DNA of 58,880 nucleotides from an uncultured Rickettsiales bacterium (GTDB lineage: Bacteria > Myxococcota_A > UBA796 > UBA9615 > CAYRNR01), in contig CAZOYV010000005.1 in the NCBI GenBank assembly GCA_964584075.1, positions 5,060-63,939 on the forward strand, given 5' to 3'. Below the pieces are notes generated by a model. It saw nothing but the letters and a program-made list of their open reading frames with translations. It searched no databases and was not told where the DNA came from. Of the stretch, positions 49,366 through 58,389 are shown piece after piece. Position 1 is the first letter of the stretch, and every line of letters starts with the position of its first letter. A program made the translations under genes and the position numbers.

Positions 49366-51009
49366 ATGAGCCGACCTCCTGCCCCTGAGCCGATCCGCTG
49401 CGTCAGCCCGTGGGACGGCCGCGACATCGCCCGCGTCGACCCCGAGGACGCCGCCGCGGCCGCCCGCGCCGTGGAGCGCGCCCGGGCGGCGCAGCCCGGG
49501 TGGGCGGCCCTCGACGTCCGCGAGCGTGCCCGGCTGCTGATGCGGGTCCGCGACCGGTTCGCCGAGCGCAGCGAGGAGCTGGTCGACCTGCTGGTCCGCG
49601 AAGGTGGCAAGCCCCCGGTGGAGGCGTGGTACGCCGAGATCCTGCCGGACATCGAGCTGTTCAACTACTGGTGCAAGGCGGGGCCGAAGCTGCTGCGACC
49701 CGAGAAGGTCCGCATCGACCCCACCAAGTTCCCGGGCAAGAGGGGCGTCGTGCACCAGGTCCCGCGGGGCGTGGTGGCCGTGATCAGCGCCTGGAACTTC
49801 CCCGTCGCGCTGTCGCTGCGGGCGCTGGTCCCGGCGCTGCTGGCGGGCAACGCGGTGGTGTTCAAGCCCTCGTCCGAGGCGCTGCTGGTCAGCCGGACGC
49901 TCGAGGAGTGCTTCGACGGCGCGCTGCCCGACGACGTGCTCGTCCCGTTCCACGGCCCCGGGGCGCTGGGCACGGCGGTGATCGAGGCGGGGGTCGACCA
50001 CCTGGTGTTCATCGGCAGCGTCGCGGTGGGCCGCGAGGTCGCCGCGGCGGCGGGCCGCAGCCTGACGAGCTTCTCGCTGGAGCTGGGCGGCAAGGACGCC
50101 GCGATCGTGCTCGCCGACGCCGACCTCGAGCGCGCGGTGGAGGGCATCGCCTGGGGGGCGTTCTCCAACTGCGGCCAGAACTGCGCGTCGATCGAGCGGC
50201 TGCTGGTCGAGCGCGAGGTGGCCGACGAGCTGCTCGAGCGGCTGGTCGCGCGGGTCCGCGAGCTGCGCGTCGGCGGCCCCGACCCCGCCGCCTGCGACGT
50301 GGGCCCGCTGCGCAACACCGGCCAGATCCGGGCGGTCCAGTTCCAGGTCGACGACGCGCTGGGCAAGGGCGCCCAGATCCGCTGCGGCGGCAACCCCACG
50401 GGCGAGGGGTTCGGCTACGAGCCGACGATCCTCGAGCACGTCAGCGACGAGATGCTGGTGTGGAGCGAGGAGACCTTCGGGCCGGTGCTGCCGGTGGTGC
50501 GGATCGCGGACCTCGACGAGGGCCTGGCGCTGGCCAACGACACCCGCTACGGCCTGACCAACAGCATCTGGACGCGGGACGTGGCCCGCGCCCGGGCGGC
50601 TGCGCTGCGGCTGCGCTGCGGGGTGGTGACGGTCAACAACCACGCGTTCACCGGGGCGATGGCGTTCGTCCCGTGGGGCGGGGTCGGCGAGACCGGGGTG
50701 GGCAGCACCAACAGCCCCCACGCGCTGCGCGAGCTGGTCCGCCCGCAGCTGGTGCTCACCGACCGCCCGCGCGGCCACGAGTACTTCTGGTACCCCTACG
50801 ACGGGGTCGCCCTCGACCTGGCCCACGCGCTGCGGCGGTTCCTGACCGGCGGCGGCGGGCTGCTGGACGTGCTGGGCAAGATGCGCCGCGCCCAGCGGAC
50901 GCGCCCGGCCCCGGCGGCGGCGCCCGGGGAGGGTCCCGCCGCCGGCGGCGGGGACGACGACAGCGCCGACGAGGGCGAGACCCTCGACCGGGGAGAGGAG
51001 CGAGCATGA
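49366..51009 (+). CDS. Aldehyde dehydrogenase
   Basis: ISAWNFP, FKPS, FIGS, LELGGKD, NCGQNCAS, EETFGP, YGL. Confidence 0.94.
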   Translation: MSRPPAPEPIRCVSPWDGRDIARVDPEDAAAAARAVERARAAQPGWAALDVRERARLLMRVRDRFAERSEELVDLLVREGGKPPVEAWYAEILPDIELFNYWCKAGPKLLRPEKVRIDPTKFPGKRGVVHQVPRGVVAVISAWNFPVALSLRALVPALLAGNAVVFKPSSEALLVSRTLEECFDGALPDDVLVPFHGPGALGTAVIEAGVDHLVFIGSVAVGREVAAAAGRSLTSFSLELGGKDAAIVLADADLERAVEGIAWGAFSNCGQNCASIERLLVEREVADELLERLVARVRELRVGGPDPAACDVGPLRNTGQIRAVQFQVDDALGKGAQIRCGGNPTGEGFGYEPTILEHVSDEMLVWSEETFGPVLPVVRIADLDEGLALANDTRYGLTNSIWTRDVARARAAALRLRCGVVTVNNHAFTGAMAFVPWGGVGETGVGSTNSPHALRELVRPQLVLTDRPRGHEYFWYPYDGVALDLAHALRRFLTGGGGLLDVLGKMRRAQRTRPAPAAAPGEGPAAGGGDDDSADEGETLDRGEERA

Positions 51010-51542
51010 AGCGCTGGGAGCGCGTCCGCCGCCGCGACCTGTTCCGGTCCCCGGTGTTCCGCATCCGCGAGGACACGGTGGTCTCGCCGCGGACCGGCGA
51101 GGAGCTGCCGTTCTACGTCCTCGAGTGCGACGACTGGGTCAACGTGGTGGCGTTCACCGCGGACGACCGGCTGATCCTGGTGCGCCAGTTCCGGCAGGGC
51201 CGCGAGGAGTTCTCGCTGGAGATCCCGGGCGGCGTGGTCGAGGCCGGCGAGGACCCCGCCGAGGCGGCGCGCCGCGAGCTGCGCGAGGAGACCGGGTACG
51301 GCTGCGAGGCGGTCACGCCGCTGGGCTGGGTCGCCCCCAACCCGGCGATCCAGACCAACCGCTGCCACACCTACCTGGCCCGGGGGTGCCGCTACGAGGG
51401 CGAGCCGACCCCGGACGAGGGCGAGGACCTCGAGGTCGAGCTGCTCCCCGCGGGCGACGTCCGGGCGGCGATCCTGGACGGGCGGATCCGCCACTCGCTG
51501 GCCGTGGTGGGGCTGTGCCTGCACGCGATGCGCGAGGGCTGA
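51006..51542 (+). CDS. NUDIX hydrolase (ADP-ribose pyrophosphatase-like)
   Basis: Nudix box GVVEAGEDPAEAARRELREETGY; ATGA-coupled. Confidence 0.92.
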   Translation: MKRWERVRRRDLFRSPVFRIREDTVVSPRTGEELPFYVLECDDWVNVVAFTADDRLILVRQFRQGREEFSLEIPGGVVEAGEDPAEAARRELREETGYGCEAVTPLGWVAPNPAIQTNRCHTYLARGCRYEGEPTPDEGEDLEVELLPAGDVRAAILDGRIRHSLAVVGLCLHAMREG

Positions 51543-51558
51543 GGCAGGGGCGCGCGCG

Positions 51559-51942
51559 TCAGCGCAGCAGGCGGCTGCGGACCGACCGCACCAGGCTGGG
51601 GAACCACCGGTCTGCGCGGTCCAGCCGGGTCCCCAGCACGGGGCGCCGCTCCAGCAAGGTCACCGAGCTGTTGCCGCACTCGATCACGTCCCCCTCGGAG
51701 AGGTGCGCCGAGCGGGCCGGCTCGCCGTTGAGCCGGGTCGCGCCGTTCTCGGTGTAGGACAGCAGCACCATGGTGCCGTCGTCCTGCTGCAGCACCACGC
51801 CGTGGAGATCGTCGAGGTCGGCGTCGTCGATCTGGAGCACGGCCCCGGCGCTGCGGCCGATCGTCACGTTGCGCTCGTCGGTCACGACGGCGCGCCGGTA
51901 CTCCCCGTTGACGCGGATCTCGAAGGACAGCTGGTAGGTCAT
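51559..51942 (-). CDS. Small stand-alone FHA-domain protein
   Basis: VTIGRS, LH, NGATRLNG, LSEGDVIECG. Confidence 0.75.
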   Translation of the reverse strand: MTYQLSFEIRVNGEYRRAVVTDERNVTIGRSAGAVLQIDDADLDDLHGVVLQQDDGTMVLLSYTENGATRLNGEPARSAHLSEGDVIECGNSSVTLLERRPVLGTRLDRADRWFPSLVRSVRSRLLR

Positions 51943-52099
51943 CGACGCTCCTCCCACCTCGGCGCTCCCCCTCGGAGCGCCCCCCTGCGGGGCCGTGTGC
52001 GACGACTTCCGGTCGATCGTCCGGGGATCATTGGCGGCGACCCCGGATCCTTTCTACGCTAGCAACGTGACTGGACAGTGTCACCAGGAAAAAGACGCG

Positions 52100-54133
52100 G
52101 TGACCCGGGGGCTGGAGCGCGACGTGGCCGCGTCTCCGCGACTGGGGACGCTGCTGGTACGCTGCGCGGCCGCCACGGGGGCGTGCTCGGCGGGCGGGCG
52201 GCTGTACCTGGTGGGCGGCTACCCGCGGGATCGGGCCATCGAGGCGCTGCGCGGCGCGGCCCGGCCGCGGGGCGATCTGGACCTGCTCGTCACCGGCCTC
52301 GACGGCGACGGCTGGGGGCGGCTCGCCGGGTCCCTCGAGGCCGAGCTGGGGGGCACCGGCTGCAAGGTCACCGCCGGAGTCGGCCGCGCGTTCCCCGTGA
52401 TCAAGGTGGGCGGGTTGGGGCTCGACGCGGACGTGGCGCCCGCCCGCCGCGACACCGGCGGCGAGGTGGACGCGGCGGTGACGCTGGCGCAGGACCTGGC
52501 GCGCCGGGACCTCACCGTGGACGCGCTGGCGGTGGAGATCGAGGCCGGCGCCCCGCGCTGCTTCGGCGCGGTGGTCGACCCCCACGGCGGGCTCGCCGAC
52601 GTCGCCCGCGGCGTGCTGGCCGCGGTGGGGTCCCCCGGGGCCTGCCTGCGCGGCGATCCGCTGCGCCTGTACCGCGCCGTGCGCCTGGAGCAGGAGCTGC
52701 GGCCCGCGGGCTTCGCGCTGGACCGGGCGCTCGCCGCGGAGATCCGGCGGCGGGCGGCGGAGCTGGCCCCCGGGATCGCCGTGGAGCGCGTCGTCGCCGA
52801 GGTGGAGCGTGCCCTGCGCGCGGCGCCCGCGGACGCGCTGGAGCGGCTGCACGAGCTGGGGCTGCTGGACCCGCTGGCGCTGCCCGGCGCCGGGTCCGCC
52901 GGGGGAGCGGCCGCCCGCGCCGACGCCGCGGCGATGCTGAGCCTGCTCCCCCCCGGCGCCCCCCGCAGCGCGACGTGGGGGGCGCTGCTGGCGTGCTCGG
53001 GCCGGGACCCGCGCGAGGCAGCACGGCAGCTGCGGCTGCCCCGCCGGGCCGCCGCCGTCGCCACCCGGCTGGGGGCGCTGCGCAGCGCGGCCGCCACGCC
53101 GGCCCCCTCCCCCGCCGAGCTGGAGCGGACCCTCTCCCACCGCCTGACCGCCGCCGAGTCCGCCGCCCTGGTGGCGCTGCTGGGCGCCCCGCCGCTGGAC
53201 CCCGGGGGTCGCCTCGCCCGGGCCTGGGACGATGGACGCGGGCTGGCCCTCGAGGCCCACCTCGAGGACGCCCGCGCCGCGGCCCGCGCGATGGCCGGCG
53301 GCATGCCCCGCCGCCTGGCGCTGCCCCGCCTGCGGCGCAAGCTGCTGCGCCTGCTGCGCGCCGATCCCGCCGGCTGGCTGCGCGCCTGGAGCGAGTCCGG
53401 GCTGCTGCCGGCGCTGCTGCCCGAGGTGGAGGCGATGCGCGGCGTCCCCCAGCCCCCCGAGTACCACGCCGAGGGCGACGTGCTGTGCCACACCGAGCTG
53501 GCGCTGCGCGCCCTGGCGACCCACTACCCCGACGCCGGCGACGTGCTGACGCTGGCGGTGCTGCTCCACGACGCCGGCAAGCCCGCCACCCTGCGGATGC
53601 CCGAGGAGACCGGCGATCGCATCCGGTTCCACGGGCACGACCGCGCCGGCGCCGCGCTGGCGTCCACGGTGGCCGCCGACCTGGGCCTCGACGACACCGG
53701 GACCGCCGACGTGCGCTGGCTGGTGGAGCACCACCTCGCGTTCTTCGACGCGCTGGGCTCGATGCGGCTGTCCCGCGCCGCCCGCGTGTTCGGCCACCCC
53801 CGGATCTTCGACCTGCTGCGCCTGCACCATTGCGACAGCCTGGCCAGCCTGCGCGCCGACGGGGGCGGCGACCTGTCCAGCCTGCAGCGCGCGCTGCGGC
53901 GCTACGCCGACCACCTCGAGGCCCGTTCCGTCGCCCGCGTGGAGCGCGGCCGCTGGGACCGCCTGCGCGCCGCCGGGATCGACGGCTGGACCCTGCGCGA
54001 CCGGCTGGCCTTCGCCGACGGCCCCGCCGTGGGCGGGTGCCTCCGCGCGCTGCACGACGCCCTGGCCGCGGACCCCACGCTGGACGACGAGGCGCTGTGG
54101 ACGCTGGCGCGGAGGTACGCCGCGGACGGGTGA
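52100..54133 (+). CDS. Class II tRNA nucleotidyltransferase/poly(A) polymerase family protein with HD domain (divergent)
   Basis: LVGGYPRD, DLDL, DLARRDLTVDALA, DPHGGLAD, DPLRLYRAVR, QPPEYHAEGDVLCHT, LLHDAGKP, FHGHD; start uncertain. Confidence 0.82.
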   Translation: MTRGLERDVAASPRLGTLLVRCAAATGACSAGGRLYLVGGYPRDRAIEALRGAARPRGDLDLLVTGLDGDGWGRLAGSLEAELGGTGCKVTAGVGRAFPVIKVGGLGLDADVAPARRDTGGEVDAAVTLAQDLARRDLTVDALAVEIEAGAPRCFGAVVDPHGGLADVARGVLAAVGSPGACLRGDPLRLYRAVRLEQELRPAGFALDRALAAEIRRRAAELAPGIAVERVVAEVERALRAAPADALERLHELGLLDPLALPGAGSAGGAAARADAAAMLSLLPPGAPRSATWGALLACSGRDPREAARQLRLPRRAAAVATRLGALRSAAATPAPSPAELERTLSHRLTAAESAALVALLGAPPLDPGGRLARAWDDGRGLALEAHLEDARAAARAMAGGMPRRLALPRLRRKLLRLLRADPAGWLRAWSESGLLPALLPEVEAMRGVPQPPEYHAEGDVLCHTELALRALATHYPDAGDVLTLAVLLHDAGKPATLRMPEETGDRIRFHGHDRAGAALASTVAADLGLDDTGTADVRWLVEHHLAFFDALGSMRLSRAARVFGHPRIFDLLRLHHCDSLASLRADGGGDLSSLQRALRRYADHLEARSVARVERGRWDRLRAAGIDGWTLRDRLAFADGPAVGGCLRALHDALAADPTLDDEALWTLARRYAADG

Positions 54134-54160
54134 GCGCCGCCGGGTCGCGGCGGCCGGGGC

Positions 54161-54889
54161 TCAGCCGCCGAGCCCCAGCGCGTGGCGCAGCGTGGGCAGC
54201 ATCGCGGGCGGGTCCTCCTCGTCGAGGATGCGGACCACGTCGGCCCGCAGCCGCCGCTTCATCTCGGCGTAGGTGTCGGTCCGCTTGCCGGCCAGCATCG
54301 CCGCGAACTCGACGCTGCGCGGGAGCAGCTGGTCCTCGGGGAAGGCCCCGTCGATCAAGCCGATCTCCCGGGCCTCGGAGGCCCCCAGCCGCTCCCCGCT
54401 GTAGTACATCCGGCGGAACCCCGAGGCGCTCATCACCGACTGGCACGCCGCGATCATCCCCGGCAGCAGCGGGATGTTGATGTCCACCTCGGGCATGCAG
54501 GCCCACCCCCGGTCCTCGCGCATGAACCGGAAGTCCATGTGGCAGGCGAGGAACAGCCCGGCGGCGAAGGTGTGGCCGTTGAGCGCCGCGATGGTGGGCT
54601 TGGGGAACAGCACGACCCGGCGGTAGAGCGCGTTGACGCGGCCCAGGTAGTCCAGGATCGCGTCGAGGTCCCGGGCGTGGGCCATCATCCACTCGAGATC
54701 CAGCCCGTTGCAGAAGAACTTGGGATCGGCGCCGGTGAACACCAGCGCCCCGGCGCGGTCGTCGGCCTCCAGCTCGTCCAGCGCGGCCAGCAGCTCGGCG
54801 ACGAAGTCGGGGTGGAAGCGGTTCTCGGCCCCGTGCGCCATGCGCAGCACGGCGACGCGGTCGGCGATCTCGAGGGTCAGGTCGGACAT
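54161..54889 (-). CDS. Enoyl-CoA hydratase/delta-isomerase family protein
   Basis: ENRFHP, KFFCNGLDL, PTIAALNGHTFAAG, DFRFM, PEVDI. Confidence 0.9.
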   Translation of the reverse strand: MSDLTLEIADRVAVLRMAHGAENRFHPDFVAELLAALDELEADDRAGALVFTGADPKFFCNGLDLEWMMAHARDLDAILDYLGRVNALYRRVVLFPKPTIAALNGHTFAAGLFLACHMDFRFMREDRGWACMPEVDINIPLLPGMIAACQSVMSASGFRRMYYSGERLGASEAREIGLIDGAFPEDQLLPRSVEFAAMLAGKRTDTYAEMKRRLRADVVRILDEEDPPAMLPTLRHALGLGG

Positions 54890-54938
54890 CGTGCAGCTCC
54901 TGATCGGTCGCCGGCAGGGTACACCGCCGGTCCCGAGA

Positions 54939-54986
54939 TCGAGTTCGAGATCGAGGTCGAGGTCGAGATCGAGGTCGAGGTCGAGA
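54939..54986. repeat. Hexamer tandem array (TCGAGN) x8 abutting the tRNA-Leu 3' end
   Basis: TCGAGT TCGAGA TCGAGG TCGAGG TCGAGA TCGAGG TCGAGG TCGAGA, plus a degenerate CCGAGA at 54933. Confidence 0.85.
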
Positions 54987-54989
54987 AGG

Positions 54990-55072
54990 TGCCCGGGGCG
55001 GGGATCGAACCCGCACAGCCAGTGGCTAGAGGATTTTAAGTCCCCTGCGTCTACCAGTTCCGCCACCCGGGC
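54990..55072 (-). tRNA. tRNA-Leu (anticodon TAA), CCA not fully encoded (followed by CCT)
   Basis: GCCCGGGTGGCGGAACTGGTAGACGCAGGGGACTTAAAATCCTCTAGCCACTGGCTGTGCGGGTTCGATCCCCGCCCCGGGCA; class II cloverleaf with variable arm. Confidence 0.96.
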
Positions 55073-55079
55073 AGGGGGG

Positions 55080-56267
55080 CTAGGTGACCCGCATCACCTC
55101 GTCGATCGTCGTGATCCCGGCCAGCACCTTGCGCACGCCGTCGCGGCGCAGGGTCGGCACGCCGAGGCGGTGCAGCACGCGCTTGTAGCCGTCGCTCGAG
55201 CTCTTGCGCTTGATCAGGACCCGCAGCTCCTCGTCCAGCGCCACGACCTCGAACAGGCCGGTGCGACCGCGGTAGCCGGTGCGGGCGCACTCGGCGCAGC
55301 CCTTCGCGCGGTACAGCGCGGTATCCGTCGCCGGGAGCGCGAAGCCCAGCACGTCGCGCAGGTCGCCGGCGGGGCGGTACGGCTCGCGGCACGCGGGGCA
55401 CAGCACGCGGACCAGCCGCTGGGCCACCACGGTGCGCAGGCTCGAGGCGACGAGGTAGGGCTCGAGCCCCATGTCCAGCAGCCGCGTGATGGTCTCCACG
55501 GTGGTCGAGGTGTGCAGCGTGGAGAGCACCAGGTGGCCGGTCAGCGAGGCGCGGAACGCGATCTGCGCGGTCTCCACGTCGCGCATCTCCCCGACCAGCA
55601 CCACGTCGGGGTCCTGCCGCAGGATCGAGCGCAGCCCCGTGGCGAAGGTGAACCCGGCGCGGGGGTTGATCTGCCCCTGGGTCAGGCCGTCGGCGCGGAT
55701 CTCGATCGGGTCCTCGAGCGTCATGATGTTGAGCTGCGAGTGGTCCACGCGCTGGAGGATCGAGTGCAGCGTCGAGGTCTTGCCGCTGCCGGTGGGGCCG
55801 CTGACCAGGATCAGCCCCGAGGCGTACTCGGCGGATCGCTGGAGCGTGGCGAGCTGGTCGGTGGCGATCCCGAGCCCCGCCAGATCCGTGAGGATCAGGG
55901 CGTCGGAGAGCAGCCGCAGCACGACCTTCTCGCCGTCCATCGCGGGGAACGTGGAGCCGCGGACGTTGACCGTCTGGCCCTGCAGCTCCGCCGCGAACGT
56001 GCCGTCCTGCGGCCGGCGCCGCTCGGCGATGTCCATCCCGGCGAGCACCTTGATGCGGGACGTCAGGGGCCGGCTCAGCTCCGGCGGCAGCGGCTTCTGC
56101 ACCTGCAGCACGCCGTCGATCCGGAACCGCACCGCGAGGTGGTCGCGCTTGGGCTCGAGGTGGATGTCGCTGGCCCGGCCCGCGATCGCGTGCTCCAGGA
56201 TGCTGTCCAGCAGCCGCACGACGGTGCCCTCGTCGATGCGCTGATCCGGCTCGCTCGCTCGCGCCAT
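55080..56267 (-). CDS. GspE/PilB-family secretion ATPase lacking the N-terminal N1 domain
   Basis: ASDIHLEP, RFRIDG, MDIAERRRPQDG, GPTGSGKTSTL, LRQDPD, TGHLVLSTLHT, CxxC..CxxC Zn motif, GYRGRTG. Confidence 0.92.
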   Translation of the reverse strand: MARASEPDQRIDEGTVVRLLDSILEHAIAGRASDIHLEPKRDHLAVRFRIDGVLQVQKPLPPELSRPLTSRIKVLAGMDIAERRRPQDGTFAAELQGQTVNVRGSTFPAMDGEKVVLRLLSDALILTDLAGLGIATDQLATLQRSAEYASGLILVSGPTGSGKTSTLHSILQRVDHSQLNIMTLEDPIEIRADGLTQGQINPRAGFTFATGLRSILRQDPDVVLVGEMRDVETAQIAFRASLTGHLVLSTLHTSTTVETITRLLDMGLEPYLVASSLRTVVAQRLVRVLCPACREPYRPAGDLRDVLGFALPATDTALYRAKGCAECARTGYRGRTGLFEVVALDEELRVLIKRKSSSDGYKRVLHRLGVPTLRRDGVRKVLAGITTIDEVMRVT

Positions 56268-56346
56268 CCGACCGGTTTCCCTTCCCCCGCGGCGGGTCCG
56301 GATCATGATAGCGCTTTCCGCCCCTCACAGCGCGCGCCGGGGCGCG

Positions 56347-56375
56347 TTGACGCGTGGAGGCCCGATCACTATAAT
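56347..56375 (+). promoter_or_regulatory. Near-consensus sigma70 promoter of the dnaK-like gene
   Basis: TTGACG (56347-52)-17 nt-TATAAT (56370-75) in an AT-rich island. Confidence 0.8.
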
Positions 56376-56521
56376 CGTGGAGGGTTGGTTTCCGGGAAAA
56401 CCCAACTATTTCGTAGGGTTAGAGCAGATTAGAGCCCGGAATCGAGCCCAGGTGCCGCGTCGCTTCTCACGCGGCCCTCGCGCCAGCCGAGGCGCGGGAT
56501 CCCTCGGGTGTAGGGAGACCG

Positions 56522-58354
56522 ATGGGCAAGATCATAGGAATCGATCTGGGAACGACCAACACGGTCGCCGCTTTCATGGAAGGCAGCGTTCCCAAGATCA
56601 TCATCAACGAGGAGGGGTCTCGGATGACCCCTTCCGTGGTGGGGTTCTCCAAGGAAGGTGAACGGCTCGTCGGCGACGTCGCCAAGCGCCAGATGCTGAT
56701 CTACCCCGAGACCACGATCCACTCGGTCAAGCGGTTCATCGGCAAGCGCTTCAGCGAGGCCAAGCAGGACATCAAGGAGGTGTCCTTCAAGCTCATCGAT
56801 CGCGGCAAGGACGAGCTCGGGATCCAGGTCGGTGACGAGACCTACTCCCCCCAGGAGATCTCCGCGCTGGTGATCCAGAAGGTGCGCAAGGCCGCCGAGG
56901 ACTTCCTCGGCGAGCCGGTCAACGAGTGCGTGATCACCGTCCCCGCCTACTTCAGCGACCTGCAGCGCCAGGCCAGCCGCGACTCGGCCAAGATCGCCGG
57001 GCTGGAGGTGCTGCGGATCATCAACGAGCCCACCGCCGCGGCGCTGGCCTACATGTCCAAGCGCAAGCAGGCGGCGACCATCGCGGTCTACGACTTCGGC
57101 GGCGGGACCTTCGACCTGTCGATCATGGACATCGAGGAGGACGTCGGCGAGGTCCGCGCCACCGCCGGCAACAACCGGCTGGGCGGCAACGACATCGACA
57201 ACCGCGTGGTGGACTGGCTGCTCGAGGAGTTCAAGCGCGCCAACAGCATGGACGTCGGCGAGGACAAGATGGTCCGCCAGCGGCTGCTCGACGCCGCCGA
57301 GAAGGCCAAGATGGAGCTCTCGACCGACTTCGAGACCGAGATCCACCTGCCGTTCCTGACCGCCGACGACTCGGGCCCCAGGCACCTGCAGACCACGCTG
57401 TCGCGGGCGACCTTCGAGTTCCTCTGCGACGACATCTTCAAGGCCACGATCGACGAGTGCGACCGGGCGATGGCCGAGGCCAAGATCAGCCCCGAGGAGA
57501 TCGACGAGGTCATCATGGTCGGGGGCTCCAGCCGGATCCCCAAGGTCCAGAAGATGGTCCGCGAGGTCTTCATGCGGCCGCTGGACAAGTCGTTCAACCC
57601 GGACGAGGTGGTCTCGATCGGGGCCGCGATCCAGGCCGGGATGCTCGGTGGTGACGTGGCCTCGGTGACCCTGCTCGACGTGACCAGCTTCTCGCTCGGG
57701 ATCGAGGTCAAGGGCCGCAAGTTCGCCAAGCTGATCCCCAAGAACACCACCGTCCCGGCGGTGCGCAGCCAGATGGTCTCCACGGTGGTCAACAACCAGA
57801 AGACCGTGAAGATCCACGTGCTGCAGGGCGAGTCGGACAAGGCCCGCGACAACGTCAGCCTCGGCGAGTTCGAGCTGACCAACATCGAGCCCGCCCCGGC
57901 CGGCGAGCCGCGCATCGAGGTGACGTTCACGATCGACACCGACGGGATCGTCAACGTCTCGGCGCAGGACACCCGCACGGGCAGCCAGAACAGCATCGTG
58001 ATCCGCAACCCGACGTGCATGACGCAGGAGCAGATCGAGGAGGCCCGCAAGGCGATGGCCGCGCCCAAGGCCGTCACCGAGGAGGACCCCGAGGTCGTCG
58101 AGCTGCGCGGCAAGATCGAGAAGCAGCTGTACTCCCTGGAGAGCCTGTTGCGGACCCACAAGCTCAAGCTCAAGAAGAAGGACATCTTCGACGTGGAGCA
58201 GGCGCTCAAGCGCGGTAGGATGGCCCTGGTCAAGAAGGCGGGCAAGGACAGCCTGACCGAGCTGGGCCGCTACCTGACCCGGTTCCAGGGCCTGCTGATG
58301 GAGAAGGCCGGCAACGGCGAGGGCGCCGAGGTCCGGGTCCTGCCCGACGAGTGA
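56522..58354 (+). CDS. dnaK: Hsp70/DnaK-family chaperone (divergent paralog)
   Basis: GIDLGTTN, TVPAYF, RIINEPTAAALAY, DFGGGTFD, VGGSSRIPKV, NPDEVV, IEVTFTID. Confidence 0.88.
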   Translation: MGKIIGIDLGTTNTVAAFMEGSVPKIIINEEGSRMTPSVVGFSKEGERLVGDVAKRQMLIYPETTIHSVKRFIGKRFSEAKQDIKEVSFKLIDRGKDELGIQVGDETYSPQEISALVIQKVRKAAEDFLGEPVNECVITVPAYFSDLQRQASRDSAKIAGLEVLRIINEPTAAALAYMSKRKQAATIAVYDFGGGTFDLSIMDIEEDVGEVRATAGNNRLGGNDIDNRVVDWLLEEFKRANSMDVGEDKMVRQRLLDAAEKAKMELSTDFETEIHLPFLTADDSGPRHLQTTLSRATFEFLCDDIFKATIDECDRAMAEAKISPEEIDEVIMVGGSSRIPKVQKMVREVFMRPLDKSFNPDEVVSIGAAIQAGMLGGDVASVTLLDVTSFSLGIEVKGRKFAKLIPKNTTVPAVRSQMVSTVVNNQKTVKIHVLQGESDKARDNVSLGEFELTNIEPAPAGEPRIEVTFTIDTDGIVNVSAQDTRTGSQNSIVIRNPTCMTQEQIEEARKAMAAPKAVTEEDPEVVELRGKIEKQLYSLESLLRTHKLKLKKKDIFDVEQALKRGRMALVKKAGKDSLTELGRYLTRFQGLLMEKAGNGEGAEVRVLPDE

Positions 58355-58389
58355 GGGTCGCGCGGCACGACGCCGCGCCAGGAGGAACG

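Noticed and set aside
49366-51009. Aldehyde dehydrogenase as downstream partner of the amine dehydrogenase
   Set aside because: About 20 kb away in an unrelated context; no evidence of linkage.
54890-55079. Prophage or genomic island integrated at tRNA-Leu or tRNA-Gln
   Set aside because: No integrase, no duplicated tRNA 3' end seen in the window, and flanking genes are housekeeping.
56376-56521. CIRCE or sigma32 heat-shock element before dnaK
   Set aside because: No TTAGCACTC-N9-GAGTGCTAA and no clear sigma32 consensus.
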